Positions 48,495-60,860 of a stretch of DNA of 64,000 bases are shown piece after piece. The stretch spans positions 221,528,001-221,592,000 of the forward strand of contig NC_086097.1 in NCBI RefSeq assembly GCF_963921235.1, written 5' to 3'. Each line of letters opens with the position of its first letter. Position 1 is the first letter of the stretch. Under the pieces are notes generated by a model. The model made no database searches. It was not told where the DNA came from and saw only the letters and a list, made by a program, of their open reading frames with translations. The translations under genes and the position numbers were made by a program. The DNA comes from Mobula hypostoma. Its lineage: Eukaryota.

Positions 48495-50629
48495 CTGTCA
48501 GTCAAGAACAAAATAGCTCCTTGTTACTCAAGTGTCAGGCTCGGTGCATTTCCGAACAATAGGCTTCAACTTGAAAAGAAACATTCTTTCCCTTTATCAG
48601 AAAGGAAGAAAGGGAGACAGGGTAACAGAGCCAAATTGTCTTTTAGTTGATCTTTGCTGTTGTTTCCTCCTGAAGGTTTTTTTTGTTCTCTTCCCCACGT
48701 TCGGAAAGCAGCCAAATGATGGGAAGGTGATTCACCGCAGGGAAGAGACAACTGCTAACTAGATTAATCACTCTGCACTCTACCCCCTCACCCTACAAGT
48801 CAACATGCAATATGTTTAACCAAGGTAAGCAAGAAAAACTGACAGAAAACAGGTATTGATTGGAAACCAGACTTGTTGAACAGATGCAACTGAAGCATTA
48901 CACCTCCAGCATCTTCAGATCTTTCATCTTCCAGTCATAAAAATGAAATAGAGCTTTGTGTCTCCCGTCATCTATCATGCTGGTTATTTTACTCAGCTCA
49001 GCATACACACTTCGTATTATCGTTCAGATCACAGCTTTAGTTTCATTAACTGATAATAAACCAAACAGATTTCATAGCACTTGAGAACCCATCTCCAAAA
49101 TATGTTATATATTGGAAAATCCTCACAGTTCAATAAGCTAATATTACCATTTCTGCAGTAATTTGGTTATTTAGTTTTAATGCTACAGAAACTATGAACA
49201 TTTAACACCAAAACTAAGCAACACGAAGTATTAAGTATTCATACCAACCAAGGGCTATTCTGTCTATAAATAATAATCTAGTGATCTATTGCCTATACCA
49301 TAATAAACAGCCTCCGAGAAATAACTACCAAACTCTCTTTTTATTGTTTATTGCTGTAGACCAGAGTCTATACTCTATGTTAAAGAGTAAATACAGAAAA
49401 CTGTTCAGAAGAAATTGTTTGGCAAAGGTTTAATTAGAAATCAGTGAAAAGAAACTGTAATTGCTTGGCAGAAAAATTATATTTGCTTGCAAACCTTAAT
49501 CAAACATGTAACAAAAACTTAGCCTATCATTTTATGCAAGCTCCTTTCACAGAAATATTTGAAGCAAAGCCTGGTAAATTTTCCAAACACATTTATACCA
49601 GAATCATAGCATGTTGGTTTTAACAAAATAATACTGTACAATAACTTCAAACAACAAAGCAATTAAATTGCTTGGATTCATCTAAATCTCAACACTTTTG
49701 TTTTCATATTTCCTATTCAAATCCATTCTCATTTTGCACTCTATACTGTAATGTAGAATGTTATTGTGGCAAATACTAAATTATTCATTTAATTGAGCAT
49801 AAAGCTGGCTCAGGTCCTGCCTTCTGCACCTTCATAATTTAACTTAAAATGCCCACTCATCAATGAGTGAATAACTGGTAGGAAAAAGAATGAATGATGA
49901 CTTAATCAACAGATTCAGAATTGACAGGAAGGAATACAGATATATTTAAAAACGAGTAATTGTTTTGCTTCTAATGAGCATATATTATTACTATGGTGTG
50001 TATAAACTTTCACAAATCTGTAATGTTTGTTACTCAACCGTTTATCGTTTTGAGGTCTTAGAGACCAGACAATGAATACAAATAGAAAATAGGCAAGATT
50101 TGAGATAATAATTGAATATTGGCCAACAGTAATTAAGTAAATGTCGCTGTACTACCTAAATTAAAATGAGTAAAGTTCAGTTGCTTCTGCACTTTACATT
50201 TCATTTAATCAAATCAAACTAAACTTGAGAACTCAGAGTTGAAATATAGTTCTGATAAGTTGAATAGTTGATCACAGAAGCTTATTTCAAATTCACAAGT
50301 GTAGATTGACATATAAATCTGTACAGCCTTTAATTTGCAAATTAATTGCACTTAATTGACATCATTATTTTGAGAATTCTAATAGCTGTTTTATAAATAA
50401 TGACACCTGGAAGAAATGATGATGTACTTTTATCCAAATTCCAAGTTATTGACAAAAGGTTTTTCACGTAATATAATTACGAGAGAATACACAGTGACAA
50501 GGACCATAGAATTGTTGTGAAAGGCTCTACAATTTGGACATTGTTGCAAAATAAATGTTATTTATTTTAATTTATCCTGATAATACAAACTACTCTCTAG
50601 CTAGAGGAACACAAATTTTTGCACAAAAA

Positions 50630-51050
50630 AAATTTATGAATTAGGAGAAGGAAAAGGCCATTCGGCCCCTCAAGTCTGTAAATGCCATTTAATATAAACT
50701 TGGCCGATCTGACTATAATCAAAATTCTGTATATCAACCTACTCAGCATAACTTTTTTGCACTTTTGGGTATCAAGAATCTATCTACCTATGGCTTAAAA
50801 AGACTTCTTCCTGCACCATTCAGGGAAGAGAGCTCCAAAAAACATACAAGGATTTATTTTTTTCATCTCACCTCTGCCTTACTCGGGCAACCCCTTAATT
50901 CTCCCACAAGGAGAAACATCCTCTCTACATCCACCCTGTCAAGACTAGTTAGGATAAAGTACATTTCAGTCAAGTCCTCTCCAGCTCTTCCAACTCCAGT
51001 AAAAGTACACCCCTAACCTATCTAACCTTTCATCATAACACAACCTGCCC
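50630..51050 (-). mobile_element. Degenerate CR1 3' tail
   Basis: aggccattcggcccctcaagtctg hairpin/tail and ggagaaacatcctctctacatccaccctgtcaag. Confidence 0.75.
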
Positions 51051-51745
51051 TTTCTAGATTATACTGATTAAAAGATAATTTAGCTGGGCAAGTCAGAGGA
51101 AAAGAGCTTTGCAGTAAATCAACCAAGATCCGATAATTTGCATTAGTTACCAAAAGTAGATTTGAGTGTACTAAATTTAAACATAAAGGAAATCATATCT
51201 TTGCAATTTTTCGATAAAACACAGTTGTTTGAAATATACATTCTAACTGTAATCAAATACATTATTTTATATTTCCAGTGGAAGTCATATATCAGATAAA
51301 TCCGTTTATACTGTTGCATTTAACCAAGAATCTTAATATGACTCATGTATGTTGTCATGCACCATAATAATAAAATGCAGTTAGCTACAGTTAATGATAC
51401 CCATACCTCTATGATAACAAATACAGATTTCCAACCAGTGCTATGGTCCAGGTGAGTGGAATACTTTTGACTCTAAAATACAGAGAGGTCAATCCTATGC
51501 TAAAAGTATATTCACTGAGAGACAAGCATTTAGCAAATTTGATGTGCATTTCAATTCAAACCCAAACCCTGCATATCTTTGATGTTCCCAGAACAAAGCC
51601 AAAGGAGTTGAAACATTCTGAGTGGTCAAATTTTATGAAGTCTTAAACGTTCATCTCTTCACTAATTACTTTAAATTCTTAACTCTGTCTAACTAGATCA
51701 GCTTTTGAATTAACTGAATTATAGACTGAACTATATTTCTTCTGA

Positions 51746-51867
51746 CAACATACATCAAAGTTGCTGGTGAATGCAGCAGGCCAAGCAGCATCTGTAGGAA
51801 GAGGTGCAGTCGATGTTTCAGGCCGAGACCCTTCGTCAGGACCTGCATCTGCAGAATTTCTGTTGTT
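51746..51867 (-). mobile_element. Penelope-derived short element
   Basis: 14-bp TSD tatatttcttctga (51732-51745, 51868-51881). Left arm nearly identical to the 14536 copy, right arm mostly deleted. Confidence 0.88.
51808..51843 (-). ncRNA. Minimal hammerhead ribozyme motif, second copy
   Basis: GGUC-CUGACGA-AGG(GUCUCGG)CCU-GAAAC-AUC^GACU. Core intact, GUC changed to AUC which weakens stem III. Confidence 0.6.
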
Positions 51868-52953
51868 TATATTTCTTCTGATTTTGGTTGTTATTATATC
51901 AGTATTTTAACCTTTTTCTTTTAAGGAATTATTTTCATGTTTATTTAGGAAAATACCTGTGTGATACCACATATCTATAATTTTATTGAAACAATTCCTT
52001 GGAGTTTTGAATACTTTAAAAAATTAAATGCATTCTATTTACGGAGATAAAATGAACAGCAGCTTGCATAATGTAGGCAAACAACCCAAGATGTGTAATA
52101 TTAGAGAAGGTTTAAACAATTGTACCACAGTATTGGCAGAAATGTAAACTGAGTTTTAGAAATCTTTTTAACGTTGTTGGCTTTGGGCATGGTCAGTACA
52201 ATGGTATATAAGCTCTTTGTTATATTGATCAGGAGAGCAACAATTATTTTTATGAGAAAGCATCACTTAAAATGACTCAAGAAGAATGAAGAAAATTTAA
52301 TAAAATATCACAATGAGTCCTTTTTGATTTTGTCATATTATAACAAAGTTGATTCTGTTATAATCATATGTTTGTATGGCTCTGATAGGGGTTCTGTTTT
52401 TTTCCCCAAAAGTGAGACTTTTTCCATCTAGCTAAGTAGATTCTCTACCTTTAACTTTCCATTGGTAAGTCTATATTGCCCTTCTTATACATTGCTTTAT
52501 AACAGATTTACCAATGCATTCACAATAGTTTTATTCAAATAGTGTTTCATGGAAAAGATGCAATGCAGTAATACTTATGAACTGATCTTCTACCTGGTTT
52601 GTCCATAAATGAATCTAGATCATACATGTTGAATCATTGATATGTTCCTCCCACATTCGTTGTACTTGCTTCAATTTGGAAAAAAAATAATAAAATCAAA
52701 GTGTATGTTCTACTTTCAAAGCAAGCCTGCTGATTATATAACATTAGACTACAGAAGTGTACTGTCACAGATAATTCAGCTTTACATCAAAGGCTATCAT
52801 AAATAAGAAGTGAATGTATCACAGTTTTCAAAATAAATCAAAAGCATTAATTTGCTTTATAATTTAAATCCAAAATTATATCCAAGTGTTTATATGTAAT
52901 ACAAACAACCTCCAGTATTTCTCAACACTGAAGAAATTAATAAGGTGTTTGTA

Positions 52954-53025
52954 ACCAGCAGCTGGTTAATATTTGTCACCAGCAGAAGGTTAATAATTGC
53001 AACTAGCAGCTGGTTAATATTTGTG
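52954..53025. repeat. 24-bp tandem repeat, 3 copies
   Basis: accagcagctggttaatatttgtc / accagcagaaggttaataattgca / actagcagctggttaatatttgtg. Confidence 0.9.
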
Positions 53026-55646
53026 TCTCAGTACATGCAACTGGAATAATCCAATTAGAATAATACATTTCCAATTCTGATTAGTATATAAATGTACCAA
53101 AAATCTCCATGATCATTTTTGTAAAATGTCTCTTTCTGTAAAATAGCAAAACTAATTTAAAAACAAATGTTTTCTTTACTCCTAGATTTGGCACTGAAAA
53201 TATATTTTACTGTTGGACGTTAACTGAAATCAATAAAGAATTTCATATTCCCATTCCTCCATAATTTAAAACGCCAACTGCAGACAGGAGGCAGAATAAA
53301 CAGCATTTGTAAAATAAACAATTCATTAGCTCATTTGCAATTATTTTAAAGTATTATTTTACTTTGAATGGTAGTATGTTGTAGACCCACAGCCATGAAA
53401 ATGCATAATTTGTTTCTTGTGTCTTGTTGAATTTGACGTTCTGTTTTAGCCATCTTACTGAACTGCTACATTAAATCTGTTAATGCTGTGCTCTTCAACC
53501 CCAGAAATTATTTCCAGAAGGGAAAGTCTTTGAGAGATGATCAAACAAGATTTAAGGTAGTCATTTTATCACATTTTCCCTACCGCAGAGTTAGACAAAA
53601 ATGAAAATGCATTCTTTCACAACTCACATTTGGACTCCAAAAAAAATCCTACAAGCAATTACATTCTACTAGTAGAATGCAACATATAAACCCAACAGCC
53701 CTAGAAATACAAGCTTAAGATAATTAGAAATACAACTATCTTGTGAATTTTGATTACCTATTTGATTTCAATTTTCCAAATGATTAACTTTTTGGATCTT
53801 TAAAAAGTCATCATTATTAGATTTATTTTACCTTTTCTTTTAAAGAGACACAAAAATACACAACTCATCCTGATCAAAAAAACTCCTTCAGTCTTTTACC
53901 ATACAGAATAAATTGAAAAGATATACTTCTGAAAAATAATAATTAAAATGAGGAGAGTTAAGCTAAACATAAACATCCACTTTTATAAATCATTTTAAGA
54001 GGATTCTAAGAAATCTGCACAGAAGGAGTAAATTACTTTTAACCCCTGGCAGCAGTCAGGGCACAACAGGGTGGCAGCACCCCAACACATCCAGCTGCCA
54101 GTAATTTTTCTGCTACAATCCCAAAGCATTTATTTCTTCCACATCCACCACATAAGGACCTTGTAGTTGTTGATATGTTTGTAAAAGCAATTTTACAAAA
54201 ACTAATTTATAAAGACTTAAATTAGTCCAGAAATGAAATGCAGACACAATAGATCTTTTCCTTCTCTGAATGGAATCACAGTTTCCAGCTATGCACTGAA
54301 GCCGAAATGAATAAAACATATGCTGTCAAACAAACCAGCAGACAGGAGATATAATTCAAACAAATTAACTAAAATAATAACAGTAATTATCTCAAAATTA
54401 AGGCATTTAAAAATGAAAATGCAACATTTCTAATATAACCATAATTCAGGCAGTTTTCACTTGAAATATTTCATGGATCTATTTACTGGGAATATCTATT
54501 GTCTCATATGGCAGCAACTTTATATCAAAACTCCATTTATATTGTAGGGAAAGAAAATGCTTGTGTTAGTGTTTTCTCATGCAACTGCAGAAATGTCACG
54601 GTTGACCTGAATCAGTTACTCTTTCAGCTTCATTATTATTTCAAGAATGAAAAATTCTACATGGGGAGAAATTATTTCTTTTTCACATGTTACAGCGATG
54701 CATGAAATGGACAGCTTGTGAAGGACTGTGACGTTACTTTACAATGAACACACACCATCAGTTTAATGTCAAATAATGTTTTAGCCAGAACAATAAAATT
54801 GCGACAGTGATAAATAATCCAAATTATGACTTCCAACTAAAGCAAAGAAGTTTTAATAGAAATGTAATACCTGAAATATTATGAAAAAATGTTCCATTTG
54901 GTAGACCATATTAGAAAATGTACACCACACAAACATTGCTATTAAGTTTTATATTCAAGTATTTTAAAATATATTCAGCATTACAAAAATGAACTAACAA
55001 ACACCAAACAGTTTGACTTGGTGCATTCAGTTTACTTTCCAGGCCTAAAGTACAAAGAGTGAATGATTCTCTTGTTGCAAGTAAAATTTAAAACCTTTAT
55101 AACAGGAAGCATTGCCTAGCTCAACAAAAGCTATCAGAAGTCCCCAGGCTCAATTTGCCATATTCTATTTGAATGTAAAATATTCTTTTAAAATCTTATG
55201 TACTTTAAAGTATTGAGCATTTTAGTTTAATTAATTAATCATGGACAAAAAAAAACAGCAAAGATCAACTCAGAATCAACTCATCTTGCAGGAATTAACC
55301 CAAACTGCAGCATTCACCTGCTACAAAAGCACCAGTCAAACTGGCAAATTCAGAAACTTAAAAAACAGGCTATAATATGCAATCATTCTTTCTACAGCAT
55401 GCATGTAATATTCTGTCCAATTTAAGAATATTCAGTGTGGCACTCTCATCGCCCAATATTAAGGTTTAAAATCACAAACATTAACTACACCCTTGAAACA
55501 GTTACTATCTCTCAGGTTTCTGCGTAGACTCCAAGCAAGGAAAATGCGGGGAAAATGTTACTGATGCCTCACCCTTGGACATCTGAGGAACATTGACATT
55601 CCAAGTGCTCTTCCATGCAATTTAGTAGAATTAAATTTGTACTTAC

Positions 55647-56200
55647 AACACTTAAAATTCTCTCTGAACTCTGCTGTATTCCCTTCAAGTTTTTGAATTC
55701 AGTCAGCCGTCATCGCATCGTACAATCCCGTTCCTGTTCAACAGAAAGGTCCGCATTCAGTGCACCAATTGTCCGAATTACAGGCAAATAACATATCAGT
55801 TGTTATGGAAGTCGAGGCAGAGCTGAGCGAGTTCAGTCCAGTCACCACTTAAGAGTGGCGAACGTCCCGAAGTAGTTGCTTCACACACAACACACACACA
55901 AAAAAAAGCCACTGTGCACTTTGACAGGAAGACTTAGAATCGGAAATGACACTTCGGAGTATGCAGCAAGCAAGGAACTGAAGCACCGAACTCTCTCATG
56001 TGTCGCTAAATCACTGCTCTAAGCGATGCACCTTTTCCCATTAAACAGCAGCAGATAATATCAGTGATCCATAGACAAAGAAATGGCAGAACCTTCATCC
56101 GTCCCTATTTGTTTGCTCAATCTTGTGGTTCTGCCTAAGGTGCCTCGGGGCTTTTAGTTTTTGTAATGCAAACCACAGCTTTGCTCCTCCATCCAGCCCC
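55647..56200 (-). other. EYA1: Probable EYA1 non-coding exon 1 (5' boundary approximate)
   Basis: Strong donor TGTT|gtaagt at 55646, raised CpG content, no repeats. The segment AGTGTCATTTCCGATTCTAAGTCTTCCTGT resembles the mammalian EYA1 5' UTR as I recall it. Confidence 0.65.
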
Positions 56201-56700
56201 CACCGGCTAAAACGCAACAATGGGAATCAGCCCCGTGTTATCCTAGTTCCCCCCCCCCCCAGTAGTTTAAATAAATTCATTATGTAAATGAGCAAGTCCG
56301 TAGTTTCTGAACAAACATCTGTGTGTCTGACCTAATTCAAGTACTCCATCAACAGGCAGCAGGCATATGTTTCTCCGGCAACTATTTTAATATTGTCTCA
56401 AAGCTACCGGCAGTTTCACACACCTAGACTTTACCAGAGCAGAAATACAGTATGGAAAAAAAACACAATTTGACCTTCTTACGAATCAGCATGCAGATAA
56501 GTTTATGTTAAATTACATTAAAACATGTGCACTAAAAGAGAGCTGAATTATATTTGACAACGGATTTTAGTTCCACGTGTGCTCTATTTAGGGCCGATGT
56601 TTCGGTAACTCAAACTTCGGAGATCGTTTGCCTAAACGCCGGAATATTTTCCGTCCTCCATTGAGAAATAAAAGCGACCAATATAAAATTCCACTGAAAC
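56100..56700 (-). promoter_or_regulatory. Probable EYA1 proximal promoter
   Basis: CpG-enriched, repeat-free sequence directly upstream of putative exon 1. Octamer-like TTATGTAAATGAG near 56280 and a C12 run. TSS not visible. Confidence 0.5.
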
Positions 56701-59143
56701 GTTGTTGATGTAATAATTAATAATAGTTTACTTTTTGTCGTTTACTAAGTTATTATTTCACGGAAATGAAATAAACATTATTGTACAACATGTTACACTT
56801 TCCTTTAAATCGAAAAAATGAAATGCACTATAAAGAAATGAAACCAAAAGTGTATCTAAGTTTTAAAAATGCAGTCTTCTAGGTACTTAAAGACAGTTAC
56901 ATAAATTATGAAAATTTAAACATATACATTTTATTAAACCAAGTACGTTGAGAATTTCGTGGTATACAAATTTTTAAAACCATCATTTTTATCCCTAAAT
57001 ATAACGTTTTAGTCCATATATTGGAAGCGGTTTGGGGTGGTCATCGCAATTTTTGAATTTTGTAAAATATTTCTGTTATCTCCATCTTCCAATTCAGTGC
57101 TAGTGCATTCCCATGTGCGGGCTACGAGAGCAAATTCTTTATTTTTCTAAGTAAACTTGCGTAGGTAGGATTGCAGAGTGGCAAATGCAGTGAGTGCCAC
57201 CGTCACAACATCGCTATTACATGAGGTGACACTGGAGCTCTCTGAATGGTCTGAAAAATAAGATGTTACTAATAATTTTGAAACATAACGTCGGACTTTC
57301 TATGCATTTTATGCAAGACACATATAGAAACAAAAGTAACTTCAGTTGTTAGAAAGTAACTAAAAAGCAAATGAACAGGAAATCACTTCGCATTGCAATC
57401 TGTCATTCTCCCAGTTCTTACCTTTTACAAAACCCAATAGCGCTAAGAGATCTGACGCGGAAATATTGTCACACAAGACCCAGTTCCTGTTAGGTGCCTT
57501 TCAATGTGACACCCGCCTCTTTGCGCTCGTTGAGTAAACACACTGGAAATCCCAGAATAGAAGAGTGTTTTGCCAAAGCTGCTTCAAATTGCACACACCT
57601 AGGATTTTGTTTTGCTTGTGTGCAGCCGAGGAACGCTGGGATTGTCACAAAGCCATATATGGCCAAGCAGGTCAAAACGACTAAACCTGCAGGGCTAGTC
57701 TATCGAAATGACAATCCCAGAAAGCTGCGGTCTTTACTGGCAGCGGGCATGAGAACTGTGATGCCAAATTGTATCGCGCCATCAGTTTAATAATGTTTCT
57801 TTGGTTATTGTATTTTAATTTAAGGTAAAGCCTTTATTTAAAATCAAGTTAAATGAGTCAGGAATAACCAAAGCTCTGTCACATGGGGAAAAACGGAGTC
57901 GGTGATTTTTACGACAGCCATTCTAATAAAATATGTTGAGACTTTTTACAATTAAAACACTGAAATGGAATAAAATGGTAAGGCAAAAAAAGGAAAAACC
58001 TGTTTGCACTGAATTGCACGATATTTCAGATAAAAAAGGTTAAAACATAAAATGACACTATGGTTTTGTCTTTAGTGTCATGAGTGTAACCACTTCTTAA
58101 ATCAATCAAAGAAACCGAGAAAACAATTGAACCACTACAGCGTTATTTGCTTTCACTAATGTCTGGTCCATTACAAGAACAGCAAAGATCAGTAAGAGGG
58201 CAACATCCACCTACATCCACCTTCTTTGAAGTTCACTGTTCAAACAAAGTCAATATTTTCCAGCAATCACGAAAGTGGAAAAACAAAAGCTAAAAGAGTG
58301 AAAACCATGTTATGCTTGATGCCTCTTTGGAACGAAGGTCAAAATTCATCCCTTTCTCAAAGAACTAGTAACTTAATCCATTGACAATTAAGTTCCTTGA
58401 CCAAGCTGGGTAAAGACATCAATGTCAATGAAAAACAAGATGATCCATCTTCCTGCAACTTCTGTTCTGCACAACAGCCTGGCAAATCATATGTAGCATT
58501 ATGGGAGTGTAAACATTAGGGACTTGAAAATTTGATTTTAATAGCAATAATATTATTATGGTGATGTATTCTTGTTGAGCTTGTTACTTCCTTTGCAAAT
58601 GCATTCTTCTGTAAATACACTATGTAGATAGAAATCCATGCCACCAGTCCTAAAATGAAACAAAAACATCCTTTATGTTAATTCATACAGAACCTTAACA
58701 CCTCTATAATTTACAATTAAGCAAAACCATTCTCTCATTACCACTGTACACATCCCATAAACTGTTCATTTAAATACTGTATAGAGCTGATGAAAATGCA
58801 AATGTGTCAATAAATAATGATCATTATACACTTAATATGACATTTATAGCTCTATATGTTAAAATGTAGAACTGTATATCGAATACTATGTTTGTCTTTT
58901 ACTATTTAACTATTGTTTTGGATAGACAGAATAAGATTTTGCATTGTTTCACTATTTGTAAAAAGTTAAGGTGCAAAATCAAGTTTATTGTCATATGCAC
59001 TAATACTTGTATCCACTGATGCAGTGAAAAACATACTTGCAGCAGCGTCAAAAAGAACATTCACAAGAAAAACTCAAATTAAACATAAATTATACAAGGA
59101 AGCACAAAATTACGCTATAGCGAAGTGGCCAGGATTAGGGTTG

Positions 59144-59243
59144 CAACACACACAAAATGCTAGAGGAACTCGGCAGGCCAGGCAGCATCTATGGAACTGA
59201 AAAAGCAGTCGACATTTTGGGCAAATACCCTTCATCAGGACTC
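59144..59243 (-). mobile_element. Penelope terminal unit, decayed hammerhead, inserted in a LINE tail remnant
   Basis: Minus strand AGTC-CTGATGA-AGGGTATTTGCCC-AAAATGTC-GACT, GAAAC box mutated. Confidence 0.8.
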
Positions 59244-59786
59244 ATCCAGGATAAGGGCTGTTCAAGAGCTGTATGGTTGAAGGGAAGTATGTGTTTCTAC
59301 CTGGTGGTGTGGGACCTCGGGCTTCCGTCCTATGGTAGCTGCAAGATGGTACGGCCCGAACAATGCGGCTCTTTGATGATAAATGTTGTATTCTGAGGCA
59401 GCACCTCATGTAGATACAACCACTGGTGGGGAGGATTGTGTCTGCATCAGGCTGAGCCCACTACTCCGTAAAGTTTCTTACATCCCTGCACATTTGAATA
59501 CCATGTAAACCATTTAAATAAAAATCTACTTTTATAAGAGGTTGTAATAATAACAAAGGAAATCTTGGGGAATTAACACTTGAAGAGAATATTTATTAGT
59601 GCTATAGTGGCTTTCTTTCTCTCCGAAGTAATAAAACATACAGTATGCTTAGGGGTTACATAAACAATATTATAGAAAGGTATGTTCTTTTTAAGGAGAA
59701 ACCACTTTATATTTTCAATAATTTTGAGTTTTGCAAAATATTGTTTGAAAACTTAATGACAGAAATGTAAAGTAATATACGCAAAT

Positions 59787-59930
59787 GTCCTGATGAAGGG
59801 CCTCAGTCTAAAGTATTTAAAATATCAGCTGTTAAATCCCCACCATAGATGTTGCCTGACTTACAGAGTCCCACCAGCATTTTGTGTGTATTGCTAAGGA
59901 TTTCCAGAATCTGCAGAATTTATTGCGTTT
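59787..59930 (+). mobile_element. Penelope terminal unit, degenerate
   Basis: gtcctgatgaagggcctcag...ccatagatgttgcctgac...tctgcagaa. Confidence 0.75.
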
Positions 59931-60860
59931 ATGAAAGAAATATAAATTATGTATCTACATCAGATGTTTATGGAATATGGCATATTAACCATACATTTTA
60001 ATGACTGTATCATCATGAAAAATAAGAATTATTTATCATGGTAAATTTGTCAAAAATCTTGATTGCCATTATTAATAAGTTAAATTTCAAATGTGTCAAC
60101 ACCTGGTGGTGTGGGACCTTAGGCTTCTGCACCTCCTGCCCTATGGTAGCTGCGAGATTCATTTATTGCATGCAATGTCAGGAAAAAAGAAAGTCAATAG
60201 AATTTTCCAAAAAACCTATACATAAGTAAAGACGAACAATCAACCAATGTGCAAAATGAGACCAACTGTGAAAATAAAAACAATACTGAGAACATGAGTT
60301 GTGAAGAGTCCTTGGAAGTGCACCTGTAGGTCATAGAATCAGTCCATAGTGGTGGTAAATGAAGGTATCCATTCATCATCATCAAAGGTCCAGATATTTT
60401 GCCAAAATAACAACAAGAATAGTGGTCACTATTACTCATGGTAAAGTAAAACAGCAAATTAAAGCTACTTGGGTATATGGGGATCTCTGAGCATTTCTGT
60501 CCAAGTTGCTGCATTAGTCCACAACCACATCAGGAACACTGTATTTTTTTCCCTTACCCTCCTATTTTTTTTTAAATTAGAATAGTTGTCAAATTTTAAA
60601 TTCACCACAGAAAGTCTAGTTTTGTTATTACAAGCGGGATTGTCCTTTTCTGTAAATTTAAAATTAATCACTATACTGTATTTAGTCAAAATCATAAATA
60701 GCACTTTTCAATTCATATAAAAGGCATATACATTAAATATAGAAATTCCACAGAGCAAATGTACAACACACAATTAAATCCTTCCCTGTGAAATTATATA
60801 CAACTGCCACCTCTAAGAAAATAGCCCTCCACCTGCAATATTTGGAGAGATCATCAATTA

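Noticed and set aside
52954..53025. CRISPR-like array (also 7758-7843)
   Set aside because: Head-to-tail repeats without unique spacers, vertebrate context, no cas genes.
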